From positions 1-51,745 of the forward strand of contig JBEAQC010000001.1 in assembly GCA_041164085.1 (NCBI GenBank): DNA of 51,745 bases. The letters run 5' to 3'. The notes beneath the pieces were generated by a model. The model worked only from the letters and a program-made list of their open reading frames with translations, did no database searches and was not told where the DNA came from. Of this stretch, positions 9,647 through 18,736 are shown piece by piece. The translations under genes were made by a program, and so were the position numbers. Positions within the stretch are counted from its first letter, which is position 1; each line of letters opens with the position of its first letter. The DNA is from Actinomycetota bacterium. Its GTDB lineage: Bacteria; Actinomycetota; Actinomycetes; S36-B12.

Positions 9647-12295
9647 GTGAGCGTCGCTGAACTCCCCGTGCCCTATGACGACGGCGGCGGCCCTCCCTCA
9701 GATCGCACCCCTCCCCAGGATGTCGCGGCGGAGCAGTCCGTCCTCGGCGCGATGATGCTGAGCAAGGACGCGATCGCGGATGTCGTCGAGGTGCTGCGCG
9801 ATGGCGACTTCTATCGCCCGGCCCACGCGACCATCTACGACGCGATCATCACGATCTACGGCAAGGGCGATCCCGCCGACGCCGTTACCGTGGCTGCTGA
9901 GCTCACTCGCACCGGCGAGATCGGCCGCATCGGTGGAGCGTCGTACCTGCATACGCTTGTGTCGCTCGTCCCGACGGCTGCCAATGCGGGCTATTACGCC
10001 GCGATCGTCAAGGAGCGCTCGATCCTGCGCCGCCTGGTCGAGGCGGGCACCCGCATCGTGCAGATGGGCTACGCCGGCGAAGGCGACGTCGACGACGTCG
10101 TCGATCGGGCGCAGGCCGAGGTCTACGAGGTCACCGAGCGACGCACAGCCGAGGACTACCTCCCCCTGCGGGACCTCATGGACGGCGCACTCACCGAGAT
10201 CGAAGCGATCGCCAACCGCGGTGGCCAGATGGTGGGTGTGCCGACCGGCTTCTCCGATCTTGACGCGCTCACCAATGGTCTGCACCCCGGTCAGCTCGTG
10301 ATCCTGGCGGCGAGGCCTGCTCTCGGAAAGTCCACGGCGGCTTTGGACTTCGCGCGATCAGCGAGCATCAAGAACGGCCTGGCGAGCGTCATCTTCTCCC
10401 TGGAGATGGGGCGCAATGAGATCCTCATGCGCCTGCTGTCGGCTGAGGCACAGATTGCCCTGCATCACATGCGCAGCGGAAACATGAGCGACAACGACTG
10501 GCAGAAGCTCGCCACCAAGATGGGCACTGTGAGCGATGCCCCACTCTTCATCGATGACTCACCCAACCTCACAATGATGGAGATCCGCGCCAAGTGCCGG
10601 CGCCTGAAGCAGCGTCACGACCTGCGTCTCGTCGTCGTCGACTACATGCAACTCATGACAAGCGGCAAGAAGGTCGAGAGCCGCCAGCAGGAGGTCAGCG
10701 AGTTCTCCCGCTCACTCAAACTCCTGGCCAAGGAACTCGACGTCCCCGTGGTCGCGGTGAGCCAGTTGAATCGCGGGCCGGAGCAGCGCACCGACAAGCG
10801 TCCGATGCTGTCGGACCTACGCGAATCAGGATGCCTCACGGCATCGACTCGCATCATGCGCGCGGACATCGGGTCCGAGGTCACCATCGGCGATCTGATG
10901 GAGAGCGGGGAGCGACTCATCCCGGTGTGGTCACTCGATGATTCGCTGCGCTACGTCCCACGGATCATGACTCACGTCTTCTCGACCGGGCGCAAGGAGG
11001 TCTTCAGGCTGACGACGGCGAGCGGCCGGGTCGTGGAGCTCACCGCCAACCATCCCCTGCTGACCTACCGCGGCTGGCGAAGCCTCGGCGAACTTGAAGC
11101 GGGAGATCGCATCGCCACCCCGCGTCACGTACCTGCTCCCGAGGTCGAGTTCGACATGTGGACCGATGACCACTTCGTGGTGCTCGCCCACCTCATTGGC
11201 GACGGTTCGATGCTGCCGCGTCAGCCACTGCGCTACGCCACCAAGGACCCTGCGAACCTCGAGGCCGTTCGTGGTGCGGCGACTCGGGCCTTCGATGTGC
11301 GCGCATCGGTCGATGACTATCCCCAGGCCCGCTGCCTCACCCTTCGACTGGCATCGAATCGGCCGGTGACGCACGGCGTCCGCAATCCCATCAACGCGTG
11401 GCTTGACGAGCTTGGCCTGTTCGGCAAGCGCAGCCACGAGAAGTTCGTCCCGGCAGAGGTCTTCTGTGCCCCCAAGCAGCAGATCGCACTTTTCCTACGC
11501 CATCTTTGGGCGACGGATGGGTCCATTCAGATCACTCGTTCAGGCAAGGGTGGTCGGATCTACTACTCCTCCACGAGCCGTCGCCTCACTGATGACGTGG
11601 CGCGGCTGCTCCTGCGCTTTGGAATCATTGCCCGCATTCGCACAGTGGCCAAGGCGGGGTATCGGCCCTGCTACTGGGTCGATATCTCAGGGGCTGCCGA
11701 CCAGAAGGTCTTCCTGCGCCGTATTAATGCGCACGGTGAGCGGGGCCAGATCGGCAGGCGATTGCTTGCAATCCTGGAGACGATCGAGCCCAACACCAAT
11801 CGCGACACGGTGCCGCGCGAGATCTGGGACGACGTCAAGCAGGTCATCAGTGATGCAGGGATCACCCACCGTGAATTCGCTACGGCAATGGGCACCTCCT
11901 TCTGTGGCAGCACCATGTGGAAGCACGCACCCAGTCGTGAGCGACTGGGACGAGTCGCCACCGTCCTGGAGTCAGCAGACCTTGAGCTCATGGCCACCAA
12001 TGATGTGCACTGGGATGAGATCACCTCGATCGAGTCCCTCGGCGTGCAGGAGGTCTACGACGCGACCGTCCCCGGCACACACAATTTCATCGCCGATGGC
12101 ATCGCCGTGCACAACAGCCTCGAGCAAGATGCTGACATGGTGATCCTGCTGCACCGCGAGGACGCCTACGAGCGCGAGTCCCCGCGCGCGGGCGAGGCTG
12201 ACTTCATTGTTGCCAAGCACCGCAACGGCCCCACCTCGACGATCACCGTGGCCTTCCAGGGCCACTACTCCCGCTTCGTCGATATGGCCCAGTAA
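9647..12295 (+). CDS. dnaB: Replicative DNA helicase DnaB, interrupted by an intein
   Basis: PPQDVAAEQSVLG, Walker A AARPALGKS, VVDYMQLM, SQLNR, DLRESG|intein|SLEQDADMV, AKHRNGPT. Start GTG 9647 (or 9641). Confidence 0.98.
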   Translation: MSVAELPVPYDDGGGPPSDRTPPQDVAAEQSVLGAMMLSKDAIADVVEVLRDGDFYRPAHATIYDAIITIYGKGDPADAVTVAAELTRTGEIGRIGGASYLHTLVSLVPTAANAGYYAAIVKERSILRRLVEAGTRIVQMGYAGEGDVDDVVDRAQAEVYEVTERRTAEDYLPLRDLMDGALTEIEAIANRGGQMVGVPTGFSDLDALTNGLHPGQLVILAARPALGKSTAALDFARSASIKNGLASVIFSLEMGRNEILMRLLSAEAQIALHHMRSGNMSDNDWQKLATKMGTVSDAPLFIDDSPNLTMMEIRAKCRRLKQRHDLRLVVVDYMQLMTSGKKVESRQQEVSEFSRSLKLLAKELDVPVVAVSQLNRGPEQRTDKRPMLSDLRESGCLTASTRIMRADIGSEVTIGDLMESGERLIPVWSLDDSLRYVPRIMTHVFSTGRKEVFRLTTASGRVVELTANHPLLTYRGWRSLGELEAGDRIATPRHVPAPEVEFDMWTDDHFVVLAHLIGDGSMLPRQPLRYATKDPANLEAVRGAATRAFDVRASVDDYPQARCLTLRLASNRPVTHGVRNPINAWLDELGLFGKRSHEKFVPAEVFCAPKQQIALFLRHLWATDGSIQITRSGKGGRIYYSSTSRRLTDDVARLLLRFGIIARIRTVAKAGYRPCYWVDISGAADQKVFLRRINAHGERGQIGRRLLAILETIEPNTNRDTVPREIWDDVKQVISDAGITHREFATAMGTSFCGSTMWKHAPSRERLGRVATVLESADLELMATNDVHWDEITSIESLGVQEVYDATVPGTHNFIADGIAVHNSLEQDADMVILLHREDAYERESPRAGEADFIVAKHRNGPTSTITVAFQGHYSRFVDMAQ
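10832..12115 (+). mobile_element. 428-aa intein with LAGLIDADG homing endonuclease in dnaB
   Basis: Begins Cys (CLTASTRIM) after RESG; block B TANHP; LAGLIDADG-like VLAHLIGDG and FLRHLWATDG; block F/G VYDATVPGTHNFIADGIAVHN followed by Ser+1. Confidence 0.96.
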
Positions 12296-12379
12296 GCGCG
12301 ACGATCCTGGTGTGCTGCCAGTGTCCCGATTTCGTCCGCCGCGGTGACACACGCCACCCGTGGGGCCTACCCTGCGCCC

Positions 12380-13210
12380 ATGAGACTTCGAACTCTCGGC
12401 ACAGGTCTCGCGCTAGCCCTCATGGCAACCCTCGCGACCATTCCTCCGGCGACGGCCGCTGATCGAGCGACCACCGAGGTGAGCGACGAGAAGTGGCAGG
12501 AGATCTGGGCGGACGTCGGTTACCCCAATACGGAGGACAAGCGCGATTGCTACGGACGCCCGCTGCAGTTCACGCGCGACCCGAATTGGGTCATCGTCGG
12601 GTATCGACCTAAGTCGACACCGGAGTGTGCAGGTGTCGCGGGTGATCCCTATCCCGAGCTCGTCACCAAGGAGGGGGGATCGTGGCAGGACGTGTCGCTC
12701 CTGGGTCCCTGGCCCTGTTCGGATGCCGGTGACCTGGCCTTCGCCAAGGGTGCACCTCACCGAGTCGTCAAGGACCTCATGAAGGATGGCTGGTGCGATC
12801 CCTCGCCCATGTGGCGCGGCTACATGGAGCGCTTCCTCAACACCCGGGCATGCCCTGACGATTTGACCGTACGGCCGAACAAGTATCGAGTCGGCTACAT
12901 CGGTCGCCAGGTGGATGGCCGCAAGATGGAGGACGGAGTTGTTGCCTGGACCTGTGCCCGAGGAGCGGGTGGCGCCCAGGACCAGTTCTTGACCGTCTTC
13001 CTAGCCGGCAAGCAGCCGCGCCAGATCACGATTCGCCTTGAGATGTTCCAATTCACGTCGCTCGCGATCAAGCACAACCGCATCGTGGTGGCGGGTGGAA
13101 GTTACACCGCAGACGCTCCGCGGTGCTGCCCCGATCTACTGGTCACCGACACCTATCAAATTCGGGACAACAAGCTCGTGAGGCTTAAGCAGAAGGTGAG
13201 TCCCCTCTAG
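12380..13210 (+). CDS. Secreted Cys-rich protein with C-terminal LppP/LprE-like domain
   Basis: Signal peptide MRLRTLGTGLALALMATLATIPPATA; C-terminal YTADAPRCCPD...YQIRDNKLV; several other Cys. Confidence 0.6.
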   Translation: MRLRTLGTGLALALMATLATIPPATAADRATTEVSDEKWQEIWADVGYPNTEDKRDCYGRPLQFTRDPNWVIVGYRPKSTPECAGVAGDPYPELVTKEGGSWQDVSLLGPWPCSDAGDLAFAKGAPHRVVKDLMKDGWCDPSPMWRGYMERFLNTRACPDDLTVRPNKYRVGYIGRQVDGRKMEDGVVAWTCARGAGGAQDQFLTVFLAGKQPRQITIRLEMFQFTSLAIKHNRIVVAGGSYTADAPRCCPDLLVTDTYQIRDNKLVRLKQKVSPL

Positions 13211-13284
13211 ACAACGTTCACATAGGCACATTGGCCCTGGACGAGTGGAGATAGGAGGCGCACACTCGCTCAAGGAGGTGCGTC

Positions 13285-14079
13285 ATGCAGTTGTCCGGGA
13301 AGGTCTTCGTTGTCACAGGGGCTGGGAGTGGCATCGGACGTGCCACTGCCCTGCAACTTCTCGGCCGCGGTACGCGTGTCGCGGCGGTGGATCTGCACGG
13401 CGACGCGTTGGAGCAGTTGGCCACGCTGGCGCGGGCGGGCAGTCGACTGAGCCTTCACCCCATGGATGTCTCCGACATGTCCGCAGTGGGGGCGCTGCCC
13501 GATGCCGTCATCGCTCACCACGGCCACGTCGATGGCGTGCTCAACATCGCGGGGATCATCCAGCCCTTCGATCCCGTCATGGAGTTGCCACTTCCCGTCG
13601 CTGAAAAGGTCATGGCGGTCAACTTCTGGGGCACCTACTACGTCACGACCACCTTCCTGCCGCTCCTCGTGCAGCGACCCGAGGCCGTCGTGCTGAACAC
13701 GTCGAGCATGGGTGCGCTCGTGCCCGTGCCCGGCCAAGGTGTGTACGGAGCCAGCAAGGCTGCGGTCAGCCTGCTCACCGAGTGCCTCTACGCCGAGCTG
13801 AAGGACACTGCCGTGTCCGTCGTCCTCGTGATCCCCGGCGCGGTCGGCACCAACATCACCACGAACTCCGGTGTGGAGACTCCGACGATGCCAGACGGCG
13901 CCGCGTCCAAGATGACATCGGCCGATGAAGCCGCGCATCAGATCGTGGAAGGCGTGCGTGAGGGTACCTTCCGGATTCTCATCGGATCCGATGCCCGCAT
14001 GCTCGACCGCCTGTCTCGTGTCGCCCCGGTCAAGTCGATTGGGATCGTCGCGGATCGGATGAAGGCTCTTCTCGGCTAG
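13285..14079 (+). CDS. Short-chain dehydrogenase/reductase
   Basis: TGAGSGIG, NIAGI, NTSS, YGASK; RBS AAGGAGG. Confidence 0.93.
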   Translation: MQLSGKVFVVTGAGSGIGRATALQLLGRGTRVAAVDLHGDALEQLATLARAGSRLSLHPMDVSDMSAVGALPDAVIAHHGHVDGVLNIAGIIQPFDPVMELPLPVAEKVMAVNFWGTYYVTTTFLPLLVQRPEAVVLNTSSMGALVPVPGQGVYGASKAAVSLLTECLYAELKDTAVSVVLVIPGAVGTNITTNSGVETPTMPDGAASKMTSADEAAHQIVEGVREGTFRILIGSDARMLDRLSRVAPVKSIGIVADRMKALLG

Positions 14080-14117
14080 GGGATGAGTGCTCGTGCGCGC
14101 ACCATAGACTCGCGGCC

Positions 14118-15137
14118 ATGTGCACAAGCCTTCGCATCCGCGCGACTGACGGGACTCCCGTCACGGGTCGCACCATGGAGTTCCCCGTCCTGCTCGATGC
14201 CACACTGTCGGTGATTCCGCGTGGCATCCAGCTCACCAGCGCGACATCAGCCGGCGCGCCGGGCGCGACCTGGACCACCGTGCACGGAGTCGTCGGGGTC
14301 AATGCCTTCCCCGCTATGGCCGTGGAGGGCCCGATCGGTCTCACCGATGGTCTCAACGAGAAGGGCATGTACGGCGGACTGCTCTACATGCCGGGCTTCT
14401 GCGACTACGGCGACGCGTCGGACGTGCCAGCGAACCAACAGCTCATTGCGACGCACGTCATCGCCTACGTCCTCAGCACCTGCGCCACAGTCACCGAGGC
14501 CCGTGACGCGCTCACACGAGTCCACGTCGTCAACTGGTCCGGCAGCCCCGTCTCACTCGACGTCCACTTCAGGTTCGACGACGCAGCCGGCAACGGAATC
14601 GTGGTGGAGTGGCAGTCGGGCGCGATGACGATCCATGACAACCCCATCGGCGTCATGACGAATGCGCCGTACTTCGACTGGCACCTGACCAATCTGCGCA
14701 ATTACGTCAATCTCAATCCGGTCAATCCCGCCGGAGTGACGCTCAACGGTGTCGCCCTCGCTCCACTCGGTGCCGGCGAGGGCATGCGGGGCATCCCCGG
14801 CGATGCGACTCCTCCAGGGAGGTTCGTCAGGGCTGCGGCCTACGTCGCGACAGCGGACGCCAGTGCTGACGGCGCTGCCGCGGAGATGTCGATGATGCAC
14901 ATGCTCAATAACTTCGACCTGCTCCCGGGATTCGCCAAGGCCAGCGCGAACACACAGGAGCAGGATCAGACCCTCTGGTCGACGATCGCCAATCTCACAG
15001 AGGCGACGTACAGCCTGCGCACCCATGGGGACGTCTGCTTCCGCAAGATCACCCTCACCGATGTGGACTTCACGGGCGAGCAGGTGCAGACGCATTCGTT
15101 GCCTGGCGCGTCCACGTTCCCCGCCCTGACGCTCTAG
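14118..15137 (+). CDS. Choloylglycine hydrolase / penicillin V acylase family (Ntn) hydrolase
   Basis: N-terminal M-C-T nucleophile, GRTMEF, DGLNEKG, GVMTNAP, GIPGDATPPGRF. Confidence 0.92.
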   Translation: MCTSLRIRATDGTPVTGRTMEFPVLLDATLSVIPRGIQLTSATSAGAPGATWTTVHGVVGVNAFPAMAVEGPIGLTDGLNEKGMYGGLLYMPGFCDYGDASDVPANQQLIATHVIAYVLSTCATVTEARDALTRVHVVNWSGSPVSLDVHFRFDDAAGNGIVVEWQSGAMTIHDNPIGVMTNAPYFDWHLTNLRNYVNLNPVNPAGVTLNGVALAPLGAGEGMRGIPGDATPPGRFVRAAAYVATADASADGAAAEMSMMHMLNNFDLLPGFAKASANTQEQDQTLWSTIANLTEATYSLRTHGDVCFRKITLTDVDFTGEQVQTHSLPGASTFPALTL

Positions 15138-15140
15138 GAC

Positions 15141-16541
15141 TCAGATCACCGGACGCGGTGCCGGATGCACGGACTCGTAGGCACGGGCCGCACGCAGGAC
15201 CGTGACATCGTCATGCGCACGGCCGACGATCTGCAGCCCGACCGGCAGTCCCGCTGAGGTCAGCCCGCACGGCACGGTGATGGCTGGCTGCTGGGTGAGA
15301 TTGAAGGGATAGCTGAAGGGCGTCCACGACAGCATGGACTCGGGTGTCATCGGCACTGCACCGGCAGGGCGAGCCTCGAAGGCCGGGATCGCGACCGCGG
15401 GGGTCACCAGGACGTCGTATCGCGTCATGAAGTCACGCATCGAGGTCCCCAGCGCGTTGCGCTTAAGGGTGAGCAACTGCACGTCCTGGGAGCTGAACTC
15501 CGCGCCCTGGTCCGCCTGCGCCGCGAAGTCTGGATCGGTGACGGCCTGCCCCTGCGGCCCGAGTGAGTCGTAGACCGTCTTGGACGCGACGAACCACAGC
15601 CCGGTCGAGATGTCGAGCGGATCCTCGAAGCCCGGATCGACCTGCTCGACGAGGGCACCGAGCGACTCGAGTTCGCGCACGGCCGCCTCGACAAGTCCGG
15701 CCACCTCGGGATCGACCTTGGCGTAGCCAAGGGTCGGCGAGTAGGCGATACGCATGCCACGGATACCCGCATCGAGATCGACGAGGTAGTCCACACCGTC
15801 GTAGGGCAGGGACGTCCAGTCGCGTGGGTCCGGCTGCGCGATGACATTCATCATGAGCGCGCAATCCATGACGCTCATGGTGTGGGGGCCGACATGCGCC
15901 ACGCTGCCGAAGGGTGACAGGGGGTACGCCGGCACGCGCCCAAAGCTCGCCTTCATGCCGACGTTGCCGCAGAAAGCGGCGGGGATGCGGACACTTCCCG
16001 CGCCGTCGGTGCCCATGCTGAGCTGGCCCAGACCAGCGGCGATTGCAGCAGCCGTGCCGCCGGAGGATCCGCCGGGCGTGCGCGTGGGATCCCAGGGATT
16101 ACGGCTGATGCCGGTGAGTGGGGAATTGGTCTCGGCCTTGCACCCGAACTCCGGTGTGGTGGTCTTGCCGAACATCGCGGCTCCGGCATCACGTAGACGC
16201 GCGACCGATGGCGCGTCGGCGTCCCACGGTTGGTCCGGACTGATCGCGCGGCTGCCGCGCAGGGTCGGCCAGCCCTTGGTCCACAGGATGTCCTTGATGG
16301 TGGTCGGCACTCCCTCGACCGCACCGACGGGCGATCCGTCCCGACGGTGGGCGACCCAGCGGTCCTCGCTCGCCCGCGCGGCTGCGAGGCCAGCGTCGGC
16401 ATCGACGAGGATGAAGGCGTTGATGAGCGGATCCACGCGCTCGACCCGCTCGAGTGTCTGCTGCATCGCCTCGACAGGGGAGGCCTCGCCGGTGCGGTAG
16501 AGCTCGATGAGCTCGGTGGCGGTGAGTTGGGTGAGATCCAT
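15141..16541 (-). CDS. Amidase-signature family amidase
   Basis: GVPTTIKD, GGSSGG, GTDGAGSVRIPA. Likely start ATG 16541 (MDLTQL). Confidence 0.93.
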   Translation of the reverse strand: MDLTQLTATELIELYRTGEASPVEAMQQTLERVERVDPLINAFILVDADAGLAAARASEDRWVAHRRDGSPVGAVEGVPTTIKDILWTKGWPTLRGSRAISPDQPWDADAPSVARLRDAGAAMFGKTTTPEFGCKAETNSPLTGISRNPWDPTRTPGGSSGGTAAAIAAGLGQLSMGTDGAGSVRIPAAFCGNVGMKASFGRVPAYPLSPFGSVAHVGPHTMSVMDCALMMNVIAQPDPRDWTSLPYDGVDYLVDLDAGIRGMRIAYSPTLGYAKVDPEVAGLVEAAVRELESLGALVEQVDPGFEDPLDISTGLWFVASKTVYDSLGPQGQAVTDPDFAAQADQGAEFSSQDVQLLTLKRNALGTSMRDFMTRYDVLVTPAVAIPAFEARPAGAVPMTPESMLSWTPFSYPFNLTQQPAITVPCGLTSAGLPVGLQIVGRAHDDVTVLRAARAYESVHPAPRPVI

Positions 16542-16594
16542 GCGCGGAGTCTGCCAGCGGACCCCGGTTCCGGAATTCCCCTTGCACTCTGAGG

Positions 16595-16608
16595 TACCCC
16601 TGGGGGTA
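16595..16608. promoter_or_regulatory. CsoR/CstR-family operator palindrome, copy 1, overlapping a sigma-70-type promoter
   Basis: TACCCC-TG-GGGGTA; TTGCAC 16582-16587 and TATGCT 16607-16612; ATG 16619 six nt after the -10. Confidence 0.72.
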
Positions 16609-16618
16609 TGCTGATAGA

Positions 16619-17131
16619 ATGGTCGAGACCGCACCGAAGAAGCCCGGCGGGCCGGCGAAGCCGTCCCTGTCGGGCTGGACCGCTCGCCGCTGGCGCGTGG
16701 CCGTGCTCGGAGGCGTCGCCACGGCCATCCTCGTGGCGCTGCCGACCGCTGTGATCCCCAATCCGGTCTTCGGCCGGGCGATCGAGGTGACCTGGTGGTC
16801 CTACCCCATCGTGGTGCTCACCGGCATCCTGGGCGGACTCCTCATGGCGACCTACGTCAAGGAGCCGTGGCAGACCGACACCGAATCCACAGGCGAGGCA
16901 GGGGAGGAAGCCAAGGCGTCCAAGCTCGGCATCGCCGGTGCCTTCGTCGCCTACTTTGCCGTGGGCTGCCCGGTCTGCAACAAGCTCGTGCTCATCGCGC
17001 TGGGCACGTCCGGTGCGATGACATGGTTCGCGCCCGTGCAGCCGTTCCTTGCGGTGGCGTCGGTGATCCTCATGGCGGTCGCCCTGCGTATCCGGCTGAG
17101 GAATCAGATCAGCTGCTCAGTCTCCGCCTAG
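16619..17131 (+). CDS. Small 4-TM membrane protein with CxxC motif
   Basis: Hydrophobic segments; FAVGCPVCNKLV; C-terminal SCSV; preceded by operator copy 1. Confidence 0.8.
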   Translation: MVETAPKKPGGPAKPSLSGWTARRWRVAVLGGVATAILVALPTAVIPNPVFGRAIEVTWWSYPIVVLTGILGGLLMATYVKEPWQTDTESTGEAGEEAKASKLGIAGAFVAYFAVGCPVCNKLVLIALGTSGAMTWFAPVQPFLAVASVILMAVALRIRLRNQISCSVSA

Positions 17132-17913
17132 GCGATGACGACCTGGATGCCACGCGCATCGAGCGCGCTCGCGACGTCTGTCGTGATCCCGTCGTCGGTG
17201 ACGAGCACGTGCACGGCGCTGAGCGGTGCGATGCGTCCCGGCAGCACTCGACCCACCTTGCTCGAGTCCGCGACCACGATGACGCGCTCCGCCCGCTCGA
17301 GCAGCACGGCGTTGGTACGGGCCTCGACCGGATCATGCGTGGTCAGGCCCTCAGCTAGATCGATCCCGTCGACCCCGATGTATGCCGTTCCGATGCTGGC
17401 CTGAGCGAGCGCCGACTCTGCCCAGGGGCCGACGAGCTCGGTGCTCTGCGAGCGTGCGACACCCCCGGAGACCACGACACGGATGCGCGGCTTGGCCGCC
17501 ATTTCGCTGGCGATATTGAGCGCATTGGTGACGACGACCAGGTCCAGGCGAGAGGAAAGCACGCGCGCGATCTCACTGGTCGTCGTGCCGCCAGTGAAGC
17601 CCACGGTCTGCGGCCCCGAAGGGAGGAGTTTCGCGGCTGCGGCCGCGACGGCGGCCTTCTCCTTCTTCGAACGCCTATCGCGGTAGGCGACGGGGAGTTC
17701 GGTGCTTGATTCGGTCGGGACGGCGCCGCCGTAACGGCGCGTGCACAGGCCCTGCTCTTCGAGAATGGCGAGATCACGGCGCAATGTCGCCTGCGAGACA
17801 CCGAACTCTGCCGCGAGATCGGTCGCGTGCACTTCTCCATGCTCGCGCAGGCGGACGAGGATGGCGGCCATGCGCTCGCCGCGCAGGGCGCCGTCAGCGG
17901 AGCGGGCGGGCAT
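17128..17913 (-). CDS. DeoR/GlpR-family transcriptional regulator
   Basis: HTH LAAEFGVSQATLRRDL..RRYGGA; GGTTT, VVTNALNIA, VADSSK. Confidence 0.93.
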   Translation of the reverse strand: MPARSADGALRGERMAAILVRLREHGEVHATDLAAEFGVSQATLRRDLAILEEQGLCTRRYGGAVPTESSTELPVAYRDRRSKKEKAAVAAAAAKLLPSGPQTVGFTGGTTTSEIARVLSSRLDLVVVTNALNIASEMAAKPRIRVVVSGGVARSQSTELVGPWAESALAQASIGTAYIGVDGIDLAEGLTTHDPVEARTNAVLLERAERVIVVADSSKVGRVLPGRIAPLSAVHVLVTDDGITTDVASALDARGIQVVIA

Positions 17914-17949
17914 GACCCCTCCGGCGTGGGACGGCAGGTGCGGGGTCGG

Positions 17950-18066
17950 CTAGCGGCAGGTGCAGCGCTGAGGCTCGGGGATCTGCGCCATGACCTGATC
18001 GACGTGCTCGCCACAACCGGACCAGGTGACCTTGCCGCAGGAGTGGCAGGGAGCGGGGCTGCACAT
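17950..18066 (-). CDS. Unannotated 38-aa Cys/His-rich peptide MCSPAPCHSCGKVTWSGCGEHVDQVMAQIPEPQRCTCR
   Basis: Translated by hand (below the ORF-track size). RBS AAGGAG at 18075-18080; fills the intergenic gap; has its own promoter/operator; 6 Cys and 2 His. Confidence 0.85.
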   Translation of the reverse strand: MCSPAPCHSCGKVTWSGCGEHVDQVMAQIPEPQRCTCR

Positions 18067-18090
18067 GGGTCGTTCTCCTTCTCTCGGGTC

Positions 18091-18117
18091 CGACGAGTAT
18101 ACCCCCTGGGGTATTCC
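18091..18117 (-). promoter_or_regulatory. ECF promoter (GGAAT-N17-CGTCG) containing operator copy 2
   Basis: Minus strand reads GGAATACCCCAGGGGGTATACTCGTCG; palindrome ATACCCC-CT-GGGGTAT at 18099-18114. Confidence 0.72.
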
Positions 18118-18168
18118 GATCGCACCGTGGCGGGGTCACCCGGTCCCCCGATGTGGTGTCATCGGCAC

Positions 18169-18711
18169 ATGATGCCCCTGGGCACCCTCGATGTCACCCC
18201 TGCGCTCGAGCGTGTGGATCTCCTGGCGACTCCGACGGCCGCCGCTCTCGAGAATTGGAGCGAAGCGGACTCCGTCGGTGTGGCCCCCATCGACGCCGAC
18301 CTCGCCGACACCGCAGCCTTCTGCGCGGCCTATGCCGTGCCGCTGGAAGCGTCGGCCAACTGTGTCGTCCTTTCCGGCAAACGCGAGGGCCAGGTGCGCA
18401 TGGCCGCGTGCCTGGTGCTCGCAACGACGCGCGCTGACGTCAACGGTGTCGCGCGCCGATGGCTCGACGTCCGCAAGATCTCCTTCGCCTCGATGGACGA
18501 TGCCGTGGAGATGACGGGGATGGAGTACGGCGGCATCACGCCGATCGGCTTGCCGTCAGATTGGCCCATCCTGGTGGACTCCCGCGTCGTCGAGCAGCCG
18601 GCCATCGTCATCGGAAGTGGTGTGCGCCGATCCAAGATCGTGTTGCCTGGAGCGGCGATCGCACAGTACCCGGGCGTGCATGTCATCGATGGGCTCGCGA
18701 ATTCGGCCTAG
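18169..18711 (+). CDS. YbaK/EbsC (aminoacyl-tRNA editing) family protein
   Basis: SANCVVL, RADVNG, TGMEYGGITPIGLP, GSGVRRSK. The ORF track over-extends the start. Confidence 0.88.
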   Translation: MMPLGTLDVTPALERVDLLATPTAAALENWSEADSVGVAPIDADLADTAAFCAAYAVPLEASANCVVLSGKREGQVRMAACLVLATTRADVNGVARRWLDVRKISFASMDDAVEMTGMEYGGITPIGLPSDWPILVDSRVVEQPAIVIGSGVRRSKIVLPGAAIAQYPGVHVIDGLANSA

Positions 18712-18736
18712 CCTGCGCACCGGCGGCGCCTGACCG

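Noticed and set aside
17827-18168. N-terminal extension of the YbaK ORF in the track (also extensions of rpsF, amidase, trxB, ponA, MFS and the 38767 ORF)
   Set aside because: The extensions overlap other genes or promoters; downstream starts have SD or -10 support.
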